In this document: positions 1 through 8,279 of the stretch, piece after piece | Layout: every line of letters starts with the position of its first letter | Position numbering within the stretch: the stretch's first letter is position 1 | Assembly (NCBI GenBank): GCA_965601925.1 | Contig: OZ271854.1 | Coordinates: 2,336,001 to 2,400,000 of the forward strand | Length of the DNA: 64,000 bases | Direction of reading: 5' to 3' | DNA from: Alkalispirochaeta sp. | Lineage (GTDB): Bacteria > Spirochaetota > Spirochaetia > DSM-27196 > Alkalispirochaetaceae | Translations under genes and position numbers: made by a program | The notes under the pieces: generated by a model | The model's input: only the letters and a program-made list of their open reading frames with translations | Databases searched by the model: none | What the model was told of the DNA's origin: nothing

Positions 1-249
1 TCCTACATGGACGATTGGCATGTCGTTGAGCCGCGTGAGATAGCTGTGCTCGATCGAATCGGCGGAGGCGACGGATTTGTCGGCGGTATGCTGTACGCCC
101 TTTTGCGCGGTTGGGATCCGGAACGGTGGATTCAGTTCGGATGGGCCTCCGGTGCGCTCGCGGCGACGTTCCTCACCGACTACGGCCAGCCGGCCGACGA
201 GGATCAAGTCTGGGCTATCTGGAAGGGCAACGCCCGCGTTCAGCGATAG
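1..249 (+). CDS. PfkB-family sugar kinase (KdgK-like), C-terminal part only
   Basis: PfkB C-terminal signature DRIGGGDGFVGG; gene begins before the window. Confidence 0.8.
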   Translation, partial: SYMDDWHVVEPREIAVLDRIGGGDGFVGGMLYALLRGWDPERWIQFGWASGALAATFLTDYGQPADEDQVWAIWKGNARVQR

Positions 250-399
250 CGAAGCGATCAGCCTCGGCGCGCTCCAGTCCGGTTTGCCGCGCGGAGCGGC
301 GCCGTATCATGTGGCGTGCGGGAGCCGGTAGGATAGCGATACGGGGCCGACTCGCCGAACGGGCGAGTCGACGCGAAACCGCTACACGGCGGGAGTGGT

Positions 400-1296
400 T
401 CAGCGGGCGTTCTTCGCTCTTTTACGACCCTCTTCCACGAGCCAGTCGTTTTTGGCGCGCGCTACGTCGCCGAATCGGGTGAGCTCCGCCTTCGCTTTGA
501 GCGCCATCTTCTCTTCGTAGGTCGCCTCGTCCACGAACGCGACGATTCTCGCGATCGAAGACTCACCGTCCACGAATCTCCATGGAAAACAGCCGATCGT
601 GACGCGTTCGTTGAGCAACAGATCGATATCGCCTCCGAGGCACTCGGCGTGCACGATGCCGTGTGGAAACATCTCGATGTGCATGAGCTGGTACTTGTCG
701 TCGGTGAAGACGTCGGTGAGCCCTTTGCCGTATTTCTTGCGAAAGTGTGCGTCGCATTCCCCCGCCTGTCGCGGCATCCAATCGCGGATTTTCGTATTCA
801 TCGGGTGGTCGGCGCTCCCGCAGTCGACACCGATCCAGCGCAGTTTTTTCTCCTTCGCCCACTCGGCAAACGCGCGATCGGGACCGGGGTGCTTAACCAT
901 GTAGGTTACCTCGTCGGCACTCGGCTGATCCCAGCCGTACCGATGGTAGCCGGTGGAGATGATGAGAATATCACCCTCCTTGACATCGACGCGTTCCTCC
1001 ACCATTTCCGGCGTATAGATATCGTATTCGCCCGCCGCATCGGATAGATCGACGATGACCCCCTCGTGAACCAGGAAGTCCATATCGAGATTCGCGATGT
1101 CCTTACCGGGCGTATAAAAGTGAATCTCGCCGTCGAGATGCGTTCCGACGTGGTTGGAGTGAGTTACGAGCTGACCGTTTGCACCGTTGGGAGCGAGACG
1201 CTTGAAGTATTTGACCTGTAACGGCTCGTAGGTCGGCCATGCGGGCGTGCCGATGCCGAGGGGAATGCTGAGATCAATGATCCTCATGTTGTTCAT
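400..1296 (-). CDS. Cyclase family metal-dependent hydrolase (kynurenine formamidase/isatin hydrolase-like)
   Basis: IIDLS N-terminus, HVGTHLDG (HxGTHxDxP-like) motif, GVDCGSAD and HAECL motifs; AGGAG RBS before ATG at 1296. Confidence 0.85.
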   Translation of the reverse strand: MNNMRIIDLSIPLGIGTPAWPTYEPLQVKYFKRLAPNGANGQLVTHSNHVGTHLDGEIHFYTPGKDIANLDMDFLVHEGVIVDLSDAAGEYDIYTPEMVEERVDVKEGDILIISTGYHRYGWDQPSADEVTYMVKHPGPDRAFAEWAKEKKLRWIGVDCGSADHPMNTKIRDWMPRQAGECDAHFRKKYGKGLTDVFTDDKYQLMHIEMFPHGIVHAECLGGDIDLLLNERVTIGCFPWRFVDGESSIARIVAFVDEATYEEKMALKAKAELTRFGDVARAKNDWLVEEGRKRAKNAR

Positions 1297-1434
1297 CCGA
1301 GTTCTCCTTGTAGCGAGTGTATCAACGTAAATATGCGCGTCATTGTATACCGAAACGGTCTGAACGTGCAGTTTCTCAGGTGCTAAGTTCGGTGCTGAAT
1401 CTCGCCGATATACGAGGGAAGACAGGAGGATACG

Positions 1435-1650
1435 ATGAAACAGTACAGTATTAAGGCGACTACCGGATGTTGTGCTACCCTCGATGTGCTCTGTGAAGTG
1501 CCCGATGGATACTTCGTGCGCGTCACCCACGCCTTCGACGGGTACGAGGAGGTCAAAGAGAGCGTTATGAGTCGAGAGCTTTTTGAGCTATGCCTCAGAA
1601 CGCATTTCATTCGTGAGCGCAATGAGGAGGTCGTCGAGCGGGTGGCGTAG
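1435..1650 (+). CDS. Small hypothetical protein (71 aa)
   Basis: Strong AGGAGGA RBS; divergent from the cyclase gene; resembles small spirochaetal proteins ending in F..CLRT.FI (from memory, unverified). Confidence 0.7.
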   Translation: MKQYSIKATTGCCATLDVLCEVPDGYFVRVTHAFDGYEEVKESVMSRELFELCLRTHFIRERNEEVVERVA

Positions 1651-1783
1651 TAGGCACAGATAGCTACTATAATTATTTGATTTTCATTCTTATTTAAAAA
1701 ATGATTCTATAATATTGCATCATGTTCCACCCTGTGTAAAAAAATCATTAGGATTTTCCAGCGTTTTATCTTATCCTTTCCCC

Positions 1784-2017
1784 ATGAAAGAAATTGCCCG
1801 TCATACGGCAGGCCGGATTTATTTGGTGCTGCTCTTGCTGTCGGTCGTCGGGTTCATCGTCTTCTTGGCGATGGGCGGAACGGATGTCGCCGAGAATGGT
1901 GAGCCGATCGTGCTATTCGGTTGGATGACGATGCCGCTGGTCTCGGGAGTCGCCTTCGTTGCATTCTGGCTCATAACCTACATCGTCTACTACTTCTTCT
2001 TTTGGCCGTACCGATAG
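1784..2017 (+). CDS. Small two-TM membrane protein, likely partner subunit of the SSS transporter
   Basis: Two hydrophobic helices; lies directly upstream of the SSS gene, as DUF997/DUF485-type partners do. Confidence 0.7.
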   Translation: MKEIARHTAGRIYLVLLLLSVVGFIVFLAMGGTDVAENGEPIVLFGWMTMPLVSGVAFVAFWLITYIVYYFFFWPYR

Positions 2018-2025
2018 GAGGGCAC

Positions 2026-3570
2026 ATGGTATTTTCCATCTCGGCATTGAGCCTGTTCGGCATCGTGATCGTTCTTATGGCCGCATACGGCTATCGCATA
2101 TCGGCCAAGACCGCAGAGGACTATATGCTCGGCGGGCGAACGATCGGCGTCGTGGTGATGTTTTTCTTCGTTCTCTTTGCGATTTCTTCCGCATGGACGT
2201 TTTACGGGTTTCCCGGTCTCCTCTATACCCAAGGTCCCGGATACGTGATGTTCATTTGGGGCAGTGTCGCCGGTTTTGCCGGCCTCTACATGTTCTTGGG
2301 ACCACGTTTGTGGGCGTTGGCCAAGATCAATCGATTTCTCAGCCCGGTCGAGGTGCTTGCGGAGCGATACCGGTCGCCGATGCTACGCCTCATTTTGAGC
2401 TTAAGTATTCTCGCCTTTATCGTCCCCTATGTTGGAATCCAGCCCTTGGGAGTCGGCGCCGGATTTGAGGCGCTTACGGGGTTGCCCGCCTTTTGGGGAG
2501 CGTTGTATACGACGGTCATCCTCGTCGTCCTGGTTCTGCTGGGTGGGATGCGCATCGTCGCATGGGTCAACATTTTTCTCGGTGTCGTGTATATGACCGC
2601 CCTGTTGGGGAGTTTGTTGTGGGGCGTGCAAGTGCTCTTTCCCGACGGCGGGTTGACTCAGGCTGTGGCTACCTTGGCCGAGACGCGACCGGCGATGCTC
2701 TCAACCCCGGGACCGACGGGCGACTACACGCCCGTAGTGTTGGGAGGTACCTTCGTCGTCGGTATTCTCGCGTTCAGCTGGCCGCACGTGGCGATCGGTT
2801 GCATGACCGCGCGTGACAAGTCGCTCTTCAAGTGGTTTCCGATGCTGATTTTCATCTTCGGAGGGCTCTTTTTCTACATCATTCCCTTTATCTGGGGGTC
2901 GATCGTCGCTCCTGCCGCTTTACCGCTTCAGGAACTGGAGGCGCTTGCCGTCCAAAACGGCGTGGAACTCCAGACCGAGGCCGATAGAGTCGTACAGACG
3001 ATCATTTCACGGAGCTTACCCGAATGGTTCGGCGTCTTCGTTCTGCTCGGCGTCATTGCCGCTGCGGTAAGCACCGCGGCGGTGCAGCTCATGACCTCGA
3101 GCGTCATCGTAAGTCGTGACGTGATTCAAGGACTCTTTTTGCCCGATGCTCGAGACGAGCAAATCACCCGTTGGGCGCGTTTGGCGGTCGTTGCGATCGT
3201 TGTGCTCAGTCTGATCGTAAGCTTTCTCTACCGCGGCGCTATGGCGCTTTATCTGACCGACGTAAGTGTTCCGGGATTCGCGCAGTGGGCTCCCGCGCTG
3301 GTAGGCGGGCTCTTGTGGAAGCGCGGCACCAAACAGGGGGCGGTGGCCGGTACCCTTGCCGGCGTCATCTACCTCGTAGCGAGTCTTCTCGTCGTCGTCG
3401 GCGGAGAGCGGATTCTGGTAGTCGGCCACCCGGTGATCGCGAGCCTTTTGGTGAATACCCTCGTGTATATCATCGTGAGTTTCGCGACACCTCGTCCGGA
3501 CGAGGAGATCGAGACCGTATTCTTCGACGAGGTCGACGCGTATCTCGCCGCCGAGTCGGGATCGCGCTGA
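2026..3570 (+). CDS. Sodium:solute symporter family protein (PanF/PutP-like)
   Basis: EDYMLGGR, SAWTFYGFPG, AAAVST motifs; about 13 TM segments; GGAGG RBS. Confidence 0.9.
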   Translation: MVFSISALSLFGIVIVLMAAYGYRISAKTAEDYMLGGRTIGVVVMFFFVLFAISSAWTFYGFPGLLYTQGPGYVMFIWGSVAGFAGLYMFLGPRLWALAKINRFLSPVEVLAERYRSPMLRLILSLSILAFIVPYVGIQPLGVGAGFEALTGLPAFWGALYTTVILVVLVLLGGMRIVAWVNIFLGVVYMTALLGSLLWGVQVLFPDGGLTQAVATLAETRPAMLSTPGPTGDYTPVVLGGTFVVGILAFSWPHVAIGCMTARDKSLFKWFPMLIFIFGGLFFYIIPFIWGSIVAPAALPLQELEALAVQNGVELQTEADRVVQTIISRSLPEWFGVFVLLGVIAAAVSTAAVQLMTSSVIVSRDVIQGLFLPDARDEQITRWARLAVVAIVVLSLIVSFLYRGAMALYLTDVSVPGFAQWAPALVGGLLWKRGTKQGAVAGTLAGVIYLVASLLVVVGGERILVVGHPVIASLLVNTLVYIIVSFATPRPDEEIETVFFDEVDAYLAAESGSR

Positions 3571-3584
3571 GACGGAGCGTCGGT

Positions 3585-5135
3585 ATGCCTTTCGGCAGGA
3601 AGAACAAGAAGGCCGGCGTAGCGGCCGAAAGGAGCACGGATCGCCCGTTAGCGAACCGGAATGAGAGGGCGTGGCGTCTCATCTATAATCCCGAGGGCGA
3701 TCCGGCCGATGTAGTCGCCTACGGCGCGGCGGTAGCGGAAGGGCGTATCGCGGGCAAGTATCAACTGAGCAATATCAAGGTTCCCAACACGGTGATCGTG
3801 CAGCGCAGCCGCGTCCCCGGCATCATCGTCGGAGCCGATGTACGCATCGATCGCGCGAACGCGTCACGAGAAGGTATCGAGATCGCGCGCACCCAACGTC
3901 AGGGACGAAACGCCGCCAAAACCGTCGGTACGGTGAGTCTGAGCGAGCTCATGGCGCATTCGTCACGAACTTTCGAGGCGGTCCCGATCGAACCCGACGA
4001 TCCGGCGGTGCTCATTTATACCTCCGGTACGACCGGCAACCCCAAAGGCGTGACACTGACTCACCGCAACTTCCATTTTCAGCTCAATACGATTGTTCGG
4101 TCTCTCGTTTCGTTTACTCAAGACGACCGTGTCATCGGAGTCCTGCCGATGTACCACGTCTTCGGATTGGCCAACTCGCTGGTAGCGGCGATCAATTTCG
4201 GAGCGTGTATCGTTCTCGTTCCCCAGTACAGTCCCGCGGCGCTCCTCGCGGCAATCGCCGATAACAACGCGACGATCATGCCGGCGGTCCCGACGATGTA
4301 CCAGCATCTATTGGCCGTCGCGCGGGCGAGAAAGATCGACATTCCTAAGAGTCTTCGTTTTTGCATATCCGGGGGCGCCGCCCTGCCGGTTACCGTGCTG
4401 CGCAGGTTCATGGACTCATTTGAGACGCAGCTCCTCGAAGGATACGGTCTGACCGAAACGACCTCAAGCGTCTGCGCCAACGGCCAGGGAGGCGTGTTTA
4501 AAGAGGGTAGTATCGGGCCGGCTGCAGACGGGGCCGAGATGAGAATCGTCGACGAGGACGGGAGCGAACTCCCCGACGGCGAGGTCGGTGAGATCGTCAT
4601 TCGTAGCACCACCGTTTTCGCCGGTTACTGGGGCAACCCTCAGGCCACGGACGAAGTGATGAGTGACGACGGATGGTTTCATACCGGCGATTTGGCGTAT
4701 CGCGATGAAGACGGTTTTTTCTTCATAACGGATCGAAAAAAGGACATCATCATTACGCGCGGCTATAACGTGAGCCCCCGAGAGGTCGAGGAGGTTCTCA
4801 TGAGCCATCCTATGATTGCCGACGCTGCGGTGGTCGGATTGCCCGGGCGCAAAGATGACGGCGAGTCTATCGTCGCCTTTGTCGTTACCCACGAGGGCGA
4901 GGTAATGGAAGAGAGCGATGTCGCCGCATTTTGTGACGCCGAGTTGGCACCCTACAAACGTCCGAGAACGATCAATATCGTCACCGCTCTCCCCAAGAGC
5001 GCGACCGGCAAGGTGTTGCGAACGCACCTTCGGGGGGAAGCGGATGATCGACGACTGGTGCAACGCGACGACGCCGAGCCTACCGAGCCCACGCAATCGC
5101 GCCGGGCGGCGGCACCCAATGCGGAGGAGGAGTAG
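3585..5135 (+). CDS. Chimeric protein: LplA-like N-terminal half fused to an acyl-CoA ligase core/C-terminal domain that lacks its own N-terminal subdomain
   Basis: YTSGTTGNPKG P-loop, EGYGLTET, WFHTGD, DRKKD, LPKSATGK; residues ~30-107 (WRLI...PNTVIVQR...IVG...GIEIAR) resemble the LplA N-terminus. Confidence 0.8.
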   Translation: MPFGRKNKKAGVAAERSTDRPLANRNERAWRLIYNPEGDPADVVAYGAAVAEGRIAGKYQLSNIKVPNTVIVQRSRVPGIIVGADVRIDRANASREGIEIARTQRQGRNAAKTVGTVSLSELMAHSSRTFEAVPIEPDDPAVLIYTSGTTGNPKGVTLTHRNFHFQLNTIVRSLVSFTQDDRVIGVLPMYHVFGLANSLVAAINFGACIVLVPQYSPAALLAAIADNNATIMPAVPTMYQHLLAVARARKIDIPKSLRFCISGGAALPVTVLRRFMDSFETQLLEGYGLTETTSSVCANGQGGVFKEGSIGPAADGAEMRIVDEDGSELPDGEVGEIVIRSTTVFAGYWGNPQATDEVMSDDGWFHTGDLAYRDEDGFFFITDRKKDIIITRGYNVSPREVEEVLMSHPMIADAAVVGLPGRKDDGESIVAFVVTHEGEVMEESDVAAFCDAELAPYKRPRTINIVTALPKSATGKVLRTHLRGEADDRRLVQRDDAEPTEPTQSRRAAAPNAEEE

Positions 5136-5141
5136 CGACCG

Positions 5142-6071
5142 ATGGCGCTCTTTAAGAAGACTGTTGATATCGACGTACCGATCGGCCTCGGGCACGCGTT
5201 GGAGGCCGTAGTCGCCGCCAGAAAAAAGGGCGAGGCGATCCGCATGGAGGGGCGCGTCTGGACGTATCAAGAGTTGGATGAGCACTCGAGTCGCGTCGCC
5301 GGCGGTCTCGCGTCTCTCGGGATCGGTCGCGGCGATCGCGTTGCGATGATGCTCCCCAACATTCCGGAGTTCGTGTTTACCTTTTTCGGCGTCCAGAAGC
5401 TGGGAGCAGTAGCGGTGCCGTTCAATACAATGTACAAGGGACGGGAGATCAGCTTCATTCTCAAAGACTCGGGCGCGAAGGCGATCGTGTGTCTTTCGAG
5501 CTTCGCCAATCTCATTAACGAGATCAAGAGCGACTGCCCGGATCTCGAGCACGTCGTTGTGACCGGGCAACGCACCCTCGTATTCGTCGACCCCGACGCC
5601 ACGGTCAACATTCAGATGGTCGTTGAGGCGACGACCTTCGATTCCGCCGATGATGCGTTTCGCACCATGGGGGAGGTTTTGGTCGAGACCTACCACTCCC
5701 TCGGCGTCGAGGACGTCTGGTACAAGCATCAAGGCGCAATCCGTTCGCGCGGTAAAAAACTCGCCGTAATGCTGCTGCGTGAGATCGAAGGGCTTTACAT
5801 CTTCAACATAGTAACGTACCTGCGCCAGATGAGTACCGACTCGCTCTTCAAGGTGATCTACGTACCGCCGGAGATCAAAGAACGCGCTCTGGAACCGATG
5901 ACCAGCATCGAGGAACAGACCGGTACCGCGCCCGGTTTGGACACTTTTCGCGATACGTTATCAGCGGCTCTTGAAAAACGGCTCGCTGTGAACTTGGAAC
6001 CGGGGCAGCTGACTCGCGATGAGATTTTGGCGTATGAGAAAAATCGTGCTTTGGCGGCGCGGAGTGTTTGA
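5142..6071 (+). CDS. Chimeric protein: acyl-CoA ligase N-terminal subdomain fused to an LplA/BPL-like C-terminal half
   Basis: TYQELD, GDRVAMMLPNIPEF, GAVAVPFN, LKDSGAKAIV, then LGV...GKKL...MTSIEEQTG...LEPGQLTRDE; no P-loop; GGAGGAG RBS. Confidence 0.75.
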   Translation: MALFKKTVDIDVPIGLGHALEAVVAARKKGEAIRMEGRVWTYQELDEHSSRVAGGLASLGIGRGDRVAMMLPNIPEFVFTFFGVQKLGAVAVPFNTMYKGREISFILKDSGAKAIVCLSSFANLINEIKSDCPDLEHVVVTGQRTLVFVDPDATVNIQMVVEATTFDSADDAFRTMGEVLVETYHSLGVEDVWYKHQGAIRSRGKKLAVMLLREIEGLYIFNIVTYLRQMSTDSLFKVIYVPPEIKERALEPMTSIEEQTGTAPGLDTFRDTLSAALEKRLAVNLEPGQLTRDEILAYEKNRALAARSV

Positions 6072-6096
6072 CCGATCGCTCGACGGTTAGCACCGT

Positions 6097-6735
6097 CTAT
6101 CGCGCTACGGCCTCGAAGTTGGCAAGGTCCATGGTGTCGTCGGACATTTGCATGGCGTGCATACCGCGTTCGGTAATGCGCGCTACCGTGTCGGGTTCCA
6201 GATAGAGCGAGCTCATGATCGGTACGACGTCACGGCCGCCGTACTCAGGAAAGTAGTCTAAAACTTCGAGATATGTGTCGGCAAACGAGTCGATGTACTC
6301 GCGACGCATCGTCGCTTTCGTTTCGTTGACGTAGAGCGTGCCGGCCGTTACGGCGATCACATCGAACTCGCGCCGTTTGCCCGGAGTGTTCGGATGTCGC
6401 CGGCGGGGGCGCACCATGAGGAGGTCGAGGTCCTCCTCCGCCACGTTGAAGTAACGACCGAGCACGCCCGGGACGTTGGGGGCTACGATGTCCTCCACGA
6501 TGGTCCCTAAACGATTCGCGAGGTCTCCCCACCGGCGATTAAGAGATCTCCTATCGGCGCGCATTTCATCTTTGAAGGTGTGCATCTCTTCCTTAAATGT
6601 GCGCATTTCCTCCTTGAACTCCTTCATCTCGTGAGAGAGGAGCTCGATCGACCGCTCGGTACGCAATTGGGCGTACGCGAGCTCTTTTAACGCCCATTCG
6701 ATCTCGGAGACGCGGGGTTCCAGCGCCGACGACAT
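6097..6735 (-). CDS. Coiled-coil plus PD-(D/E)XK nuclease-fold protein (DUF3782-like)
   Basis: Heptad repeats EMKEFKE/EMRTFKE/EMHTFKD, WGDLANRLGTIVEDIVAP, EFDVIAV...VNETK. Confidence 0.7.
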   Translation of the reverse strand: MSSALEPRVSEIEWALKELAYAQLRTERSIELLSHEMKEFKEEMRTFKEEMHTFKDEMRADRRSLNRRWGDLANRLGTIVEDIVAPNVPGVLGRYFNVAEEDLDLLMVRPRRRHPNTPGKRREFDVIAVTAGTLYVNETKATMRREYIDSFADTYLEVLDYFPEYGGRDVVPIMSSLYLEPDTVARITERGMHAMQMSDDTMDLANFEAVAR

Positions 6736-6834
6736 GTCTTCCCTCCGCCTAGTGGCCACGGTATACAGTGTATAGCACCGCAAAGCGGAACGTCACGCTT
6801 TTTGTGTACCGGCGATACGTGTCGCGTCCGTGTA

Positions 6835-8268
6835 TTACCCGTATGTTTCGACGTAGGCCTCAAAGGCGTCGTGGAAGCACGTTTCCGGCGGCTTTACGAG
6901 ACCTGCGCCGACCATTCCGACACCCGGGTCTTTGTGCGCGATACCGGTATTGATCGCGGGGAGTACGCCCGTTTCCACCACCTTGACGACGTCGATCGCC
7001 GTCGGCGTGCCGCGAAAATCCATCGCCGGAATCTGATACGCATCGTTCTCGGCCATCGTAATCTCATACATCTGACGGGTAACGTTCAACGCATCGGCCG
7101 GCTTGCCGCCTACGAACTTGACGATCGCCGGGGCCGCCGCCATCGCAAAGCCCCCGATACCGCTCGTTTCGGTGATGACTGAGTCTCCGATGTCTCGCGC
7201 TGCGTCGTCTGCGGTGAAACCGGGAAGATAGAGCCCGTCGATCACCGACGCCGGTCCGGTGAACCATCGATCGGGCATCGATGAGATGCGGATACCGAAC
7301 TCCGTTCCGTTACGCGCCATGGTATAGATGAACGAACTCCCATCGATACCGGCCGCCGCGTCGACGGTGCACTTCGCCGCCGGCATCGTCAGGTTGAGAA
7401 AGAAGTGATCGTTCTCGTGCATGAAGCGCAGTACGCGCGCGATCTTCTCCCGCGGCTCCTCAAGCATCACCAAGTACGGCGCCGTCTCCCGAATGAAAAG
7501 ACTCGTGCCGGCGCGATTACGATTGTGTCCCTCATCGCCCATTTGAAGCACTTGGGCGATGAGGTTTTTCATATCTATCGGGCCGTGGGCCCGCAACGCT
7601 GCGCCCAAGATCGGCGCGAGTTCGTCCGCCATCCACCTAAGGCGGTCGATCACCTCTTGTGAGTTGGCTCCGTAGCGCAGCACCTTGCCCAGTCCTTCGT
7701 TGAGTGTGCAGTAGGCACGGTTACCGAACGCGGCGTTCTCCATGATCCATACGGGCATACTGGCGGTCACCACGCCCGCCATGGGGCCGACGGCGCTATG
7801 GTGATGACACGGATCGAACGTTATCTCTCCGGACGCCGCGAGCTTCTCGGCTTCCTCTCGATCGGATGCCAGTCCTTCGTATATCAGACCGCCGATTACC
7901 GCACCGCGCAGCGGACCGGACATGTCGAACCACTCCACCGGCGGCCCGGCGTGGAGGATGAGTTTCTTGTGCATACCGGGAACCACGTCGGCGGCGATGC
8001 CGATATCGACGAGGGTAGGCTTGCCGGCCTGCACGCGTCGTACCGCCTCTGCGTTGGCCTCCTTGCGGTTGAGCGTACCCGACGCTTCGGCCGCCTCGAG
8101 ACGATCGAAGAGCGAGATCAAATGAGCGTTGCCCCCGGCCGGCGGTCGCCAGTCCACCTGAAGCGTTCGTACGTCCAGGGACCGAAGTGTATCCGCAAAT
8201 CCTTCGAGTCCCAGATTGACGACTTTGAGATCTTGTTTGAATAGATCGTTAATGCTCTTGACGTTCAT
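6835..8268 (-). CDS. DUF1116 protein (YahG/YlbE(AllG)-like transcarbamylase subunit)
   Basis: LHAGPP, PCHHHSAVGPMAG, NEGLGKVLRYGA, MGDEGHNRN, DIGDSVITET, INTGIAH; YahG-type N-terminal VNLGL...VDWRPPAGG segment. Confidence 0.9.
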   Translation of the reverse strand: MNVKSINDLFKQDLKVVNLGLEGFADTLRSLDVRTLQVDWRPPAGGNAHLISLFDRLEAAEASGTLNRKEANAEAVRRVQAGKPTLVDIGIAADVVPGMHKKLILHAGPPVEWFDMSGPLRGAVIGGLIYEGLASDREEAEKLAASGEITFDPCHHHSAVGPMAGVVTASMPVWIMENAAFGNRAYCTLNEGLGKVLRYGANSQEVIDRLRWMADELAPILGAALRAHGPIDMKNLIAQVLQMGDEGHNRNRAGTSLFIRETAPYLVMLEEPREKIARVLRFMHENDHFFLNLTMPAAKCTVDAAAGIDGSSFIYTMARNGTEFGIRISSMPDRWFTGPASVIDGLYLPGFTADDAARDIGDSVITETSGIGGFAMAAAPAIVKFVGGKPADALNVTRQMYEITMAENDAYQIPAMDFRGTPTAIDVVKVVETGVLPAINTGIAHKDPGVGMVGAGLVKPPETCFHDAFEAYVETYG

Positions 8269-8279
8269 GGTGTGCTCCT

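Noticed and set aside
3585..6071. Frameshifted or decayed single fadD pseudogene
   Set aside because: The halves are in reversed order, both ORFs are intact with catalytic motifs, and each carries an extra foreign half-domain
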